A DNA stretch of 64,000 nt from Oscillospiraceae bacterium (GCA_015064185.1 SVSS01000004.1:71347-135346); one strand, 5' to 3'. Shown: positions 39,118-47,162, counted from the stretch's first letter. The notes: generated by a model not told the origin, from the letters alone. Program-made: numbers and translations.

Positions 39118-39216
39118 CGGTGGAAGGAGCCTGCGTAACTTTAGTTTTGGATAAAACTTATTGTATCGCGCTCTCCCTCAGTCGCCTACGGCGCCAGCTC
39201 CCTCCCGGAGGGAGCC
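39086..39216. repeat. nested GC-rich palindromic element (two inverted ~45-nt modules around an AT-rich spacer)
   Basis: Module A is 39086-39130 and its imperfect reverse complement is 39170-39216. Each module folds into two local hairpins. Details are under findings. Confidence 0.8.
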
Positions 39217-39319
39217 TTAGGACACGCGCAACTATAGGGGTATGGGCTTTGCCCGAAGCATTTGTAATACAACGGCGAAACTGGCGATAAATAAGAATTT
39301 GACAAAGGAGTGTGATTTT

Positions 39320-39721
39320 ATGAAAAAGAGATTTTTATACTTAATTCTTCCAATTACTACATTGATTTTGGAAATCTTACCTTATGGGGCAGTATGTAAT
39401 TTTGCACGCCCCGAAGGTGAACCTTGGAGAAAAACATACTCATACTTCAATTTAACACCTTTCGGTTATGCGAATTTTGCTCCATTTCTTACCGCATTAG
39501 CAACTTGTGTTATTTTCATATTATTATTGGTTTATTTGTTTACAGACAAACCTCGTATACTGTCTCTCACAAAAGTTTTTCTTTGCATAGGTGCAGCAGT
39601 GTCATTATGTCCGTTGCTCTATGGCATTAAATTCTTCTCCGTTTTGGGTGCAGTGATTACGGCATCTCTAATTGCTGAATTGGTCTTACTATTGATTGTT
39701 TCAAAGCAAAGCAAAACTTGA
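39320..39721 (+). CDS. hypothetical 4-TM membrane protein
   Basis: ATG 39320 after AAAGGAG. 133 aa with four hydrophobic helices, low GC, and no recognised family. Confidence 0.6.
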   Translation: MKKRFLYLILPITTLILEILPYGAVCNFARPEGEPWRKTYSYFNLTPFGYANFAPFLTALATCVIFILLLVYLFTDKPRILSLTKVFLCIGAAVSLCPLLYGIKFFSVLGAVITASLIAELVLLLIVSKQSKT

Positions 39722-39735
39722 ATTTGGAGATTATT

Positions 39736-39939
39736 ATGCGTAAGTGTGTTAGATGCAATATAGCAATGATTGAAAATTGCGGTATCAAAGTAAAAGGCGC
39801 AGCCTATGGTTTAGTCTTAACCGATGACGAAAACAAGTGGTGGAGTGGAAGAATGGATCAACCGAAAGTGGCTATTTGTCCTCAATGCGGAGAGGTTTCC
39901 ATATATTTGGAAAATGTCGATAAACTGAAAAATAAATAA
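39736..39939 (+). CDS. hypothetical small Zn-ribbon protein (CxxC...CxxC)
   Basis: ATG 39736 after GGAGA. 67 aa with CVRC...CPQCG. Lies 14 nt after the 4-TM gene. Low GC. Confidence 0.55.
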   Translation: MRKCVRCNIAMIENCGIKVKGAAYGLVLTDDENKWWSGRMDQPKVAICPQCGEVSIYLENVDKLKNK

Positions 39940-39972
39940 ACAAATTCCAACTTGTCTAACAGAATAAAACAA

Positions 39973-40006
39973 ACCCCGACAGACCTAAAAATTTAACTGT
40001 CGGGGT
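39973..40006 (+). terminator. hairpin after the Zn-ribbon gene
   Basis: ACCCCGACAG / CTGTCGGGGT forms a 10-bp stem with a 14-nt loop and a weak T-rich tail. Confidence 0.55.
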
Positions 40007-40043
40007 ATCTATTTGTTTTCTGCGGATCAAATTTTGCTTGTCC

Positions 40044-40091
40044 GTAGGGACGTTCTGTGAACGCCCGCGGGTGAACGCAGTTCGCCCCTAC
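40044..40091. repeat. GTAGGG...CCCTAC imperfect palindrome with an internal GTGAACGC direct repeat
   Basis: GTAGGGACG (40044-40052) pairs with CGCCCCTAC (40083-40091). GTGAACGC occurs at 40057-40064 and 40071-40078 around CCCGCGGG. Confidence 0.7.
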
Positions 40092-40143
40092 CATGTGTTA
40101 GGCAAGTATTTTATGATTTCTCCGATAAGAACATCACCCATTG

Positions 40144-40160
40144 GATGTAACTCCTTTTTG
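40144..40160. repeat. right half of the 17-bp perfect inverted repeat (GATGTAACTCCTTTTTG)
   Basis: Exact reverse complement of 38608-38624, 10 nt beyond the sbcC stop. Confidence 0.9.
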
Positions 40161-40170
40161 CTTGCACAAA

Positions 40171-42810
40171 TTATGCATCATATTCTGCACGCACGGTGCT
40201 ACCCGTTTGGGTACGGGTAATGACCAGCTTATTTGTAATACGCTCGCGCAGCTCGGCTACGTGTGAGATCACGCCGACCGTGCGCTTTCCGTCAGAAAGT
40301 CGGCAAAGCAGCTGCATCGCTCGCGTGAGCGTATTCTCATCAAGCGACCCAAACCCTTCATCAATAAACAGCATATCAAGACGCACGTTTCCGCTGTTGT
40401 TTTGCACCACGTCGGAAAGCCCTACGGCAAGCGCAAGCGATGCCATAAAGCTCTCACCGCCCGACAGGGTGCTCACGTCACGCCACCTGCCCGTGCTGCG
40501 ATCCAGAACCTCAAGGTCAAGCCCTGTTGCCCGCCTTAGATCACGCGCGCTTTCGCGACAGCGCAATACAAAATTTCCGTCGGTAAGCAGCTGTAAGCGG
40601 CGATTTGCCGCAACGATCACTTCTTTAAAATAGTAGCGCTGCACATAACTTTCAAGTGAGAGCTTTTCGCGCCCATTGGCACCCCTGCCGCCAACTGTGC
40701 GGCTGAGTGTATCGATAACACTCCACTCAGCATTTAACTTCTTCGTATCGCGCGCGACCTCACACAGTGCTGCACTTGCTCTTTCGTTGAGTGCAAGCAA
40801 GCGTTCAATAGAAGACAATTCTCGAGCAAGCACCTCCTCAGCCTGCGCAAGCTCCTCTTGGCGCAGCTGCATTTGGGCAATATCGACAGGTGCGCGCCCC
40901 GCAACGGTATGCTCAAGCTCTGCTATCTTGCCACCCATATGTGCCGCTTGCGCATCGGCTTGCTGCAGCGCCAAGCGCCGCACCTCAAGCTCTGCCTCAT
41001 CCAGCAGAGCCGCACGGTATGCCTCATAAGAAACAAACTCCGCCGCCAAAAGCCGCGCGTCAAAGTCAGATCTTGCCGCTTCCATGGCATGCTGTGCATC
41101 ACTCACGCGGGTGTTGGCTGCCGCAAGTGCTGCCGTGGCAGCTGCAAGCTCCTCAGCAGATTGCTTATGCACAGCGGTGGCATTGGCGAGCTCGTTTTTC
41201 AAATTCTCGCACAAGCGCAGCTTTTCAGCCAAGCTCTTTTCAATGTCTTTTTCCGTTTCGGGCGTGATTTCCAAAACACCCTGCTCAAAAAGCAGTGCCT
41301 CGGCGGCACCAACTGCCTCACTTGCAGCCTGCTGCTCTGCCACCGCCACGGCACGCGCACGCTCACATACGCTCCGCTTTTGCTCTGCTCCTTCCAGTGT
41401 TTTTTGGTCGGGAGTGCTTTCAGCCTGCACGGCAGGTGTCGGGTGAGCAAGAGAGCCGCAAACAGGACAAGGCTCACCCTCACAAAGTCCTGCCGCAAGC
41501 AAGCCCGCTTGACCGAGAAAATAGTGCGCGCGCAGCTCTGCGCAATGCTCCTCGGCGGTCTTTGCCGCATGTACGGCGTGCGAAAGTGCCTCGTTTGCCG
41601 CAAGCAAGCGTTCTTTGGCGCCAACAAGCCTTTCAAATGCCACCTGTGCGCCCTCAAGCGCGCGGATCTCGGATTCCAGCAAAGGGAGACCTTCTCCCTG
41701 CAAGGTTGCGTCAGATAGCTTCTTTTTGGCATCGCGCTCCGCGCTCTGCTTCAGCAGCAACGCTTCCATAGCGGCAGCTTTAGCAGAAAGTGCCACGTCG
41801 GCTGCTCTCTTTGTTGCCTCAAACACCTTTTCCTGCGCGCGAATGTGCAACGCCTTTTGTGCAAGCGCAAGATACGCGCGCTCCCTCTCACGCCCCATTA
41901 CAGCCTCGGGCGAAAGCTCGTTTGCACCGCGAAGCGATTGCAGTGCCGCTATGGTGTCGTTTAAGCTTTTTCCTTCTTTTAAGTCAAGCTCCGCCTTGCC
42001 GCACGCCGCTCTTACGCGCTTTGCCTGTGTGCGCTTTTCCTCGATCGCGCTTGTAAGCTCGACACAGTAAAGCGCAAGCATTTCGGCAAGGGCTGCAGGG
42101 TCCTCTGCGGCATTCTTTTTGGCGCGCAAAAAGGTTTCAAGGCGCGCATCACTCTCCTGCATTTGAGCAGAATTTGCCGCGATCTGCGCGCGTGCGGCAA
42201 GCTCCTCGCGCTTTTTACTGCAGGTTGCCGCACGCTCCTTTAATAGTTGCTCAGCACGCGCATACAGCTCGGTATGAAACAAATGCCCAAACATTGCCTT
42301 ACGCTCAGCGCTTGTGGCATTGAGAATACGCAAAAAATCGCCCTGCGCGATCATTACCGTTCTTGAAAACTGTTGGCGGTCAAGCCCCACGATCTCGCAT
42401 ATACGCGCATCCACATCCTCCATGCGAGAGAGCACACGGTCCGCCCCCTCCTCAATGAGAAGCGCTGTTGCAGGCGAGAGCGTAGTGCCCTCACCTCTTA
42501 GCTTGGGACGCTCAAATTCGGGGCTTCGTTCCACGGTATAGCGCCGCCCACCCTGCGAAAAGGTAAATCTGACAAAGGTCTTTGTGTCCGCTTTGGCAAA
42601 ATCCGAGCGAAAGGACTTGCCGCTTCTGCGATCCTTGCCGCCGCTGGCTTCGCCGTAAAGCGCAAAGGAAATGGCATCAAATATACTAGTTTTACCCGCG
42701 CCCGTTTCACCTGTAAGCAAAAACAAGCTCCCCAAAAAGGGTTCGAAATCAATAACAGTTTGCGCGGCAAAGGGGCCAAACGCGGATATTTCAAGTAAGA
42801 TCGGCTTCAT
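40171..42810 (-). CDS. sbcC: exonuclease SbcCD, ATPase subunit SbcC (Rad50-like)
   Basis: Walker A GETGAGKTSIFDAI, long Ala/Glu-rich coiled coil, zinc hook CPVCG, signature LSGGESF, and Walker B LFIDEGFGSLD. Confidence 0.92.
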   Translation of the reverse strand: MKPILLEISAFGPFAAQTVIDFEPFLGSLFLLTGETGAGKTSIFDAISFALYGEASGGKDRRSGKSFRSDFAKADTKTFVRFTFSQGGRRYTVERSPEFERPKLRGEGTTLSPATALLIEEGADRVLSRMEDVDARICEIVGLDRQQFSRTVMIAQGDFLRILNATSAERKAMFGHLFHTELYARAEQLLKERAATCSKKREELAARAQIAANSAQMQESDARLETFLRAKKNAAEDPAALAEMLALYCVELTSAIEEKRTQAKRVRAACGKAELDLKEGKSLNDTIAALQSLRGANELSPEAVMGRERERAYLALAQKALHIRAQEKVFEATKRAADVALSAKAAAMEALLLKQSAERDAKKKLSDATLQGEGLPLLESEIRALEGAQVAFERLVGAKERLLAANEALSHAVHAAKTAEEHCAELRAHYFLGQAGLLAAGLCEGEPCPVCGSLAHPTPAVQAESTPDQKTLEGAEQKRSVCERARAVAVAEQQAASEAVGAAEALLFEQGVLEITPETEKDIEKSLAEKLRLCENLKNELANATAVHKQSAEELAAATAALAAANTRVSDAQHAMEAARSDFDARLLAAEFVSYEAYRAALLDEAELEVRRLALQQADAQAAHMGGKIAELEHTVAGRAPVDIAQMQLRQEELAQAEEVLARELSSIERLLALNERASAALCEVARDTKKLNAEWSVIDTLSRTVGGRGANGREKLSLESYVQRYYFKEVIVAANRRLQLLTDGNFVLRCRESARDLRRATGLDLEVLDRSTGRWRDVSTLSGGESFMASLALAVGLSDVVQNNSGNVRLDMLFIDEGFGSLDENTLTRAMQLLCRLSDGKRTVGVISHVAELRERITNKLVITRTQTGSTVRAEYDA

Positions 42811-43916
42811 TGCTCCACCTCCGCTTCCTTTAAAATATCCCGCATCAGTGAGAGCTGCTTTTCGGTTGGCGGTGTGCCGTTTTGCGCCTCAAAAAACTCA
42901 GCAAAGAGCGCAAGCGGATCGCGCCCCTCAACCCCTTCTGTGCAAGAGATCTCCTCTTGTGTTACGGTGTGTGAATTTTCTACAGCAAAGCGCATGAGAT
43001 TGGGGTAAACGGCACGCAAGGTCATGCGTGCATCGGGCGCAACCTCCTCATCGGTGACAACGGCGCGAATATAATCCTCACTGTAAGGGGCTGACATCAG
43101 CTCCTCCATGCTGCCCTTCACCTCTCGCATGGCATGTATCGGCACCAGAGGCAGACGGCATGTGGTAACGCCCTTGCTTGTAACCTCAAGTAACACTGCG
43201 CTTTTTTGCTGTCCCACCTCGGAAAAGGAGTAGCAAAGCGGCGAGCCTGCATACACCACGCTTCCAAAAGACTGCGGACGGTGCAAATGCCCAAGCGCCA
43301 CATAATCAAAACAGGAAAACATCTCACTCGGCACAGCATCCACCGTGCCGATCACGGGAAGCTCGCTATCCGAGGTCACGCTACCGCTGACAAACAGATG
43401 GGCAAGCAGCACGTGACGGTCGGCAATGCCGAAATCAATGCCCGAAAGCATGGCACGCAGTGCTTGCTCCGAGCTCTCAAAGCGCGTGCCGTTAAAATAC
43501 GGCAACAGCGCAGCAGGGCGAAAGTGCGAGAGTAGATGCACCGCAACTCGGCATCCTTCTTCTTCAAGCATCACCACCTCGGGCTTACCGCGGCACTCGC
43601 CTGCCACATGCACGCCCTGCTTTGCAAGCAGCGGCGAGGCAAAACAAAGGCGATCTGCGCTATCGTGATTTCCTGCTATCATCAAAGCCGCAATACCTGC
43701 CCTATGCAGTTGCTCCAAAAAATCAGAAAACAGCGCAACCGCTTCTGCGGGCGGTACGGGACGGTCATAAATATCGCCCGCAATCAGCACAGCGCGAGCA
43801 CCCTCGGTCACCGCCTGCTCCACTATGGTGGCAAGAACGGCTTTTTGCTCCTCAAGCATGGAATATTCGCAAACACGCTTGCCAAGATGCAGATCGGCAA
43901 TATGTAAAAATTTCAT
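42807..43916 (-). CDS. sbcD: exonuclease SbcCD, nuclease subunit SbcD (Mre11-like)
   Basis: Calcineurin-like phosphoesterase motifs IADLHLG, GDIYD, GNHD, and GHLH. 4-nt overlap with sbcC. Confidence 0.92.
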   Translation of the reverse strand: MKFLHIADLHLGKRVCEYSMLEEQKAVLATIVEQAVTEGARAVLIAGDIYDRPVPPAEAVALFSDFLEQLHRAGIAALMIAGNHDSADRLCFASPLLAKQGVHVAGECRGKPEVVMLEEEGCRVAVHLLSHFRPAALLPYFNGTRFESSEQALRAMLSGIDFGIADRHVLLAHLFVSGSVTSDSELPVIGTVDAVPSEMFSCFDYVALGHLHRPQSFGSVVYAGSPLCYSFSEVGQQKSAVLLEVTSKGVTTCRLPLVPIHAMREVKGSMEELMSAPYSEDYIRAVVTDEEVAPDARMTLRAVYPNLMRFAVENSHTVTQEEISCTEGVEGRDPLALFAEFFEAQNGTPPTEKQLSLMRDILKEAEVEQ

Positions 43917-43964
43917 TTTATATCCTCTTTCAAGGCTGCTTCATTCGGATCAAACACAAAATTA

Positions 43965-44005
43965 CCCAAAAACCGCTTTCTCTGTTTTATGAGAAAAAGC
44001 GGTTT
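43965..44005 (-). terminator. intrinsic terminator after the lipoprotein gene
   Basis: AACCGCTTTCTC / GAGAAA(AA)GCGGTT stem, followed on the minus strand by TTTTGGG. Confidence 0.7.
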
Positions 44006-44055
44006 GTTGTTTGTTTTGTGTTTTATTTGGCACAAATGAAAGAGCCCTTTATTTT

Positions 44056-45558
44056 TTATTCTTCAAACGCAAACGGCGCAAGCAGGTATGCAATGACCGC
44101 TTCACTTGTAATGGCACTGCGGTCAAGCTCCTCAAGAAAGGCGGCGTACGCTTCCCTCGCGCGCTTGGCAACAGGGTCAATGCGCTGCTCGGTCACTGTG
44201 GGAAGATTGACGTATTGCGGCGCCTCGGGCGCGCTTGCCTCTGCCTTGACAGTCAGCGCAAGACGGAAATTGGTTTCGACTTCCCCCGTCTTTACTTTAT
44301 CAATTTGGAGTGCGCACGCGTCGCTATCACAGTAAAACATGCCGCTAACGGTTTTCAAAGCGCCGTTTTTGCCGATCGTTAAGGTAAAGATATCGGTTTT
44401 CTCATTAAGGAAAAATTCACCCTGCCAAACATCGGGAGAGCTTTCTCCCTGTTCTACCTTGTAGGTATAATCCGCAGCCACGGTGCGCCAAGCACTATCC
44501 ACCACATGAACGGTAAGACTGCGCTTAACTCCGTCCAAAAGCAGGCTGATATCAAAGGCATCCTTCTCGGAAATGTCAAGCGAAAACGCAGTGACAGCAT
44601 CACCTGCGGTGTGAGTGAGATCAAAATAAAGCAGCTTACCCGTCAGTCTTTTGACGGTAGCATTCATTTGAACGGTAAAGGGCTCTGCCGCATCGATCCT
44701 TGCGCACAGCGCCTCAATTTCTGCATTATTGAGAAGCCAAGCCTCTACCTTGTTGGTCCATTCGGTTGAAACCACACCGTCTATGGCAGATTGCATGGCA
44801 TCACGCGTTTTGGCAACCTCACGCACACGGCGCGCAAGCGCCTTATCCTTTGCCGCCCTTGCCCAAGTATCACGCAAAGCGCGGGAGAGCATGCTGTTAT
44901 CCACCGAAAGATAGATCTTTACCCTTCCGTTTTCGGTATAGCGTGTGTAGCTTGCATATTGAGTGAGATATTTGAGAAAAACATCAAGGTACTCATCGAG
45001 CAGCTCGGGCATATCCTCAAAAGAGCCAAAGAGCTCATAAAAGCCCTCGACCCACGTTAAAACGGCAGCGGCACTGCTCTCATTGATCTCGGGCACGGCA
45101 TAAGCCGTACCGCTGTTATTGCGGAATATAGAATGTGTAATATCCTGCTTTAATGTATCAAAGCTTGCACCAAGCGTGGTAGAGCCAAGAAACGCAGTGG
45201 AGCTAAGCACCGCCTCACGCGAGGAGAACCAAAGCTTTGCATCATAGCTCTTTTCCCCCACCAAAAGTGCCGTATCGGCTACGATCTGCTTTCCGTCGGT
45301 ATCAAAATATAACGAAAGATCAAGGGCCTTGGCGCCGCCAAGATCACTATCGCTTGACAGAGAAAGATCAAGCGAGCCCTCCCCCAATGCATCCAAAAAA
45401 AGAGATGCCACCTCACCTAAAAGTGACTGCTTAAAAGTGCGCTCGGCAGAGGACTTCAAATAAGCCAACGGGCGCTTATGATAGGCGCATCCACCAAGAG
45501 GCACCACCAGCAGGCAAAGCGCCAGCACAAACGATAAAATGCGAATTGTATATTTCAC
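44056..45558 (-). CDS. hypothetical lipoprotein
   Basis: Signal peptide with lipobox-like VVPLGGC at residues 18-24. 500 aa, soluble. No recognised domain. Confidence 0.65.
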   Translation of the reverse strand: MKYTIRILSFVLALCLLVVPLGGCAYHKRPLAYLKSSAERTFKQSLLGEVASLFLDALGEGSLDLSLSSDSDLGGAKALDLSLYFDTDGKQIVADTALLVGEKSYDAKLWFSSREAVLSSTAFLGSTTLGASFDTLKQDITHSIFRNNSGTAYAVPEINESSAAAVLTWVEGFYELFGSFEDMPELLDEYLDVFLKYLTQYASYTRYTENGRVKIYLSVDNSMLSRALRDTWARAAKDKALARRVREVAKTRDAMQSAIDGVVSTEWTNKVEAWLLNNAEIEALCARIDAAEPFTVQMNATVKRLTGKLLYFDLTHTAGDAVTAFSLDISEKDAFDISLLLDGVKRSLTVHVVDSAWRTVAADYTYKVEQGESSPDVWQGEFFLNEKTDIFTLTIGKNGALKTVSGMFYCDSDACALQIDKVKTGEVETNFRLALTVKAEASAPEAPQYVNLPTVTEQRIDPVAKRAREAYAAFLEELDRSAITSEAVIAYLLAPFAFEE

Positions 45559-45652
45559 GGAAAACTCCTTTTTGTTGCTTTATTATTGCTTTTATTATAA
45601 TGCATATCTATATATTTGTCAATTGTCGTATACAGAATAATTTTCCCAAATC

Positions 45653-45682
45653 AAAAAAGCCGACATCCCTGTCGGCTTTTTT
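45653..45682 (-). terminator. intrinsic terminator directly after the Zn-ribbon membrane-protein gene
   Basis: GCCGACA-tccc-TGTCGGC flanked by A6 and T6. Abuts the stop codon. Confidence 0.8.
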
Positions 45683-47162
45683 AATCCTGTGCTGACCCGG
45701 CAACAAAGGCTTTTGCACAATTTTCTGCTACGGTAGCAAACAAGATAGAAAGGGCGGAAAACAGCACGCATCCTGTGTAAAGAGGCGCACAAAACTTGAC
45801 CCATGCGATCAACAGATAAACAACCGCAAGGGTATCCGAAACCGATGCAATCTCAACGTGCGATTTGGCGCCCACGGCTAGCAAAAGCAGCACTGCCAGC
45901 ACGCAGAACACCACATATAATGTCAGCAGCCGGATAGCGTTGCCGCGCAACACCTTGCCCGTGCGCATCAGCGCTTGGCGGCGGCGCTTTTTCACTGCTA
46001 TTTTAGAGGGCTTTGCCAATAGGAGCCGAAGCGTTGCCATAACCGCGCGCAACGTGGAGAATACCGCGAACAGCAATAACAGTAAAATCATCAAGCCATA
46101 CAAGCCTTGACAAAGCTTTGTAATATCACCACCGTCAAAAATGCCAAGCAAGGCGGTAATATTAGTGTCAACGCCCTCAATATAAATGCCAATTTCCTCC
46201 GTGATCTGTGCGGTCAGCGCAAAAAGAGAAAGACCGATCGCCAAAAGCGCTGACAACACACCAAGGAAGCGTGTTAAGCCGATTTTTTTACCAAGCAAGC
46301 GGTAGGGCGCGGTAAGATAGATCCCCTCCCCCGCGACGGCACGACGCAGCGACCGCACAGCAGGCAGCATTAACGTTAGGGATATGCCACACAGCAAAAT
46401 GACTTCAATCGAATATCCAAACAGGCACATGGCGGCATCAGCACCCGCCAAACCGCCCGAAAGCACATAAGGAACGCGGAACAAAATACCCGCAAATAAC
46501 GGAGCAAGCGCACCAAGCAAGCCGCCCATTACCACAGTGTCGGCAACGGCACGCACACGCAATACCTTGCCCCCGCTAAAGAGTGTAACAATACCGCAGA
46601 TTGCACTGAGAACCGAAAGAACAGCAAGCAACGCCGCAGGAAGCACAAAGGGACGGTAAGTATCCGTAGCACTCAAAATCTCTTTGACAGTGAGGGTGTC
46701 AAGCAAGGCTGCGTTACCACCAAAATTCGCTATGATGAGATCGGAAACAGGATTTGCCGCAAACTCCGCACTTGCAAGCCGCACAATAAAGTGGGAGAGC
46801 GCGCTGACACCGTCCTGCTGCACATAAAGTGCATCCGAATAACAAACAAAAACATCTAAAAAAAGATAAAAAAGCGGCAAAAACAGCATCAGCGACGGGA
46901 AAAATATCTGCCGCATTCTAATTTTAGGGTATGATTTATTCTGCTTTTTCTTACGCTTGGCGCGCGTTTTACCAACACTACTCGGTGCTTTTTCAACCGA
47001 TACAGGTGCTGTTGAAGCAGCTGCCGTCAATGTAGAGCTTGATGCATTATCCGTCAAGGGGACGGGCGCGGGCGGAGCAGAAAATGCTTCGTTTACAAGA
47101 GGCGCACCGCAATGTGAACAATGCGTGCCACGGCACTCGGTACCACAGGATTTACAGATCAT
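45681..47162 (-). CDS. hypothetical polytopic membrane protein with an N-terminal Zn ribbon
   Basis: MICKSCGTEC...CSHCG, an Ala/Pro/Ser-rich linker, a basic patch KRKKKQNK, then about 10 TM helices. A TTGACA-17-TAAAAT promoter lies upstream. Confidence 0.65.
   Translation of the reverse strand: MICKSCGTECRGTHCSHCGAPLVNEAFSAPPAPVPLTDNASSSTLTAAASTAPVSVEKAPSSVGKTRAKRKKKQNKSYPKIRMRQIFFPSLMLFLPLFYLFLDVFVCYSDALYVQQDGVSALSHFIVRLASAEFAANPVSDLIIANFGGNAALLDTLTVKEILSATDTYRPFVLPAALLAVLSVLSAICGIVTLFSGGKVLRVRAVADTVVMGGLLGALAPLFAGILFRVPYVLSGGLAGADAAMCLFGYSIEVILLCGISLTLMLPAVRSLRRAVAGEGIYLTAPYRLLGKKIGLTRFLGVLSALLAIGLSLFALTAQITEEIGIYIEGVDTNITALLGIFDGGDITKLCQGLYGLMILLLLLFAVFSTLRAVMATLRLLLAKPSKIAVKKRRRQALMRTGKVLRGNAIRLLTLYVVFCVLAVLLLLAVGAKSHVEIASVSDTLAVVYLLIAWVKFCAPLYTGCVLFSALSILFATVAENCAKAFVAGSAQD

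Larger units (their letters stand above)
38625..40143. mobile_element. candidate inserted islet between addA and sbcC (no transposase or integrase recognised)
   Basis: AT-richer than the flanks, bounded by the 17-bp inverted repeat, and carries DUF559 plus palindromic elements. Calling it mobile is inference only. Confidence 0.35.

Noticed and set aside
40088-40141. 17-aa minus-strand ORF (MGDVLIGEIIKYLPNTW) starting 9 nt after the AAGGAG contained in the right 17-bp repeat
   Set aside because: It is too short to support. The AAGGAG is more simply explained as part of a split terminator stem, and the stop codon is supplied by the GTAGGG palindrome.
40038-40220. 60-aa + strand track ORF spanning the GTAGGG...CCCTAC palindrome and running into the sbcC 3' end
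   Set aside because: It has no RBS, is encoded largely by repeat sequence, and overlaps the sbcC stop region. Such ORFs are a typical artefact of translating a repeat.
40196-42070. Many 100-290-aa ORFs in alternative frames and strands of sbcC (Ala/Ser/Arg-rich)
   Set aside because: They are a by-product of the GC-rich, Ala/Glu-rich coiled-coil coding sequence. The SbcC frame carries Walker A/B, the zinc hook and the signature motif.
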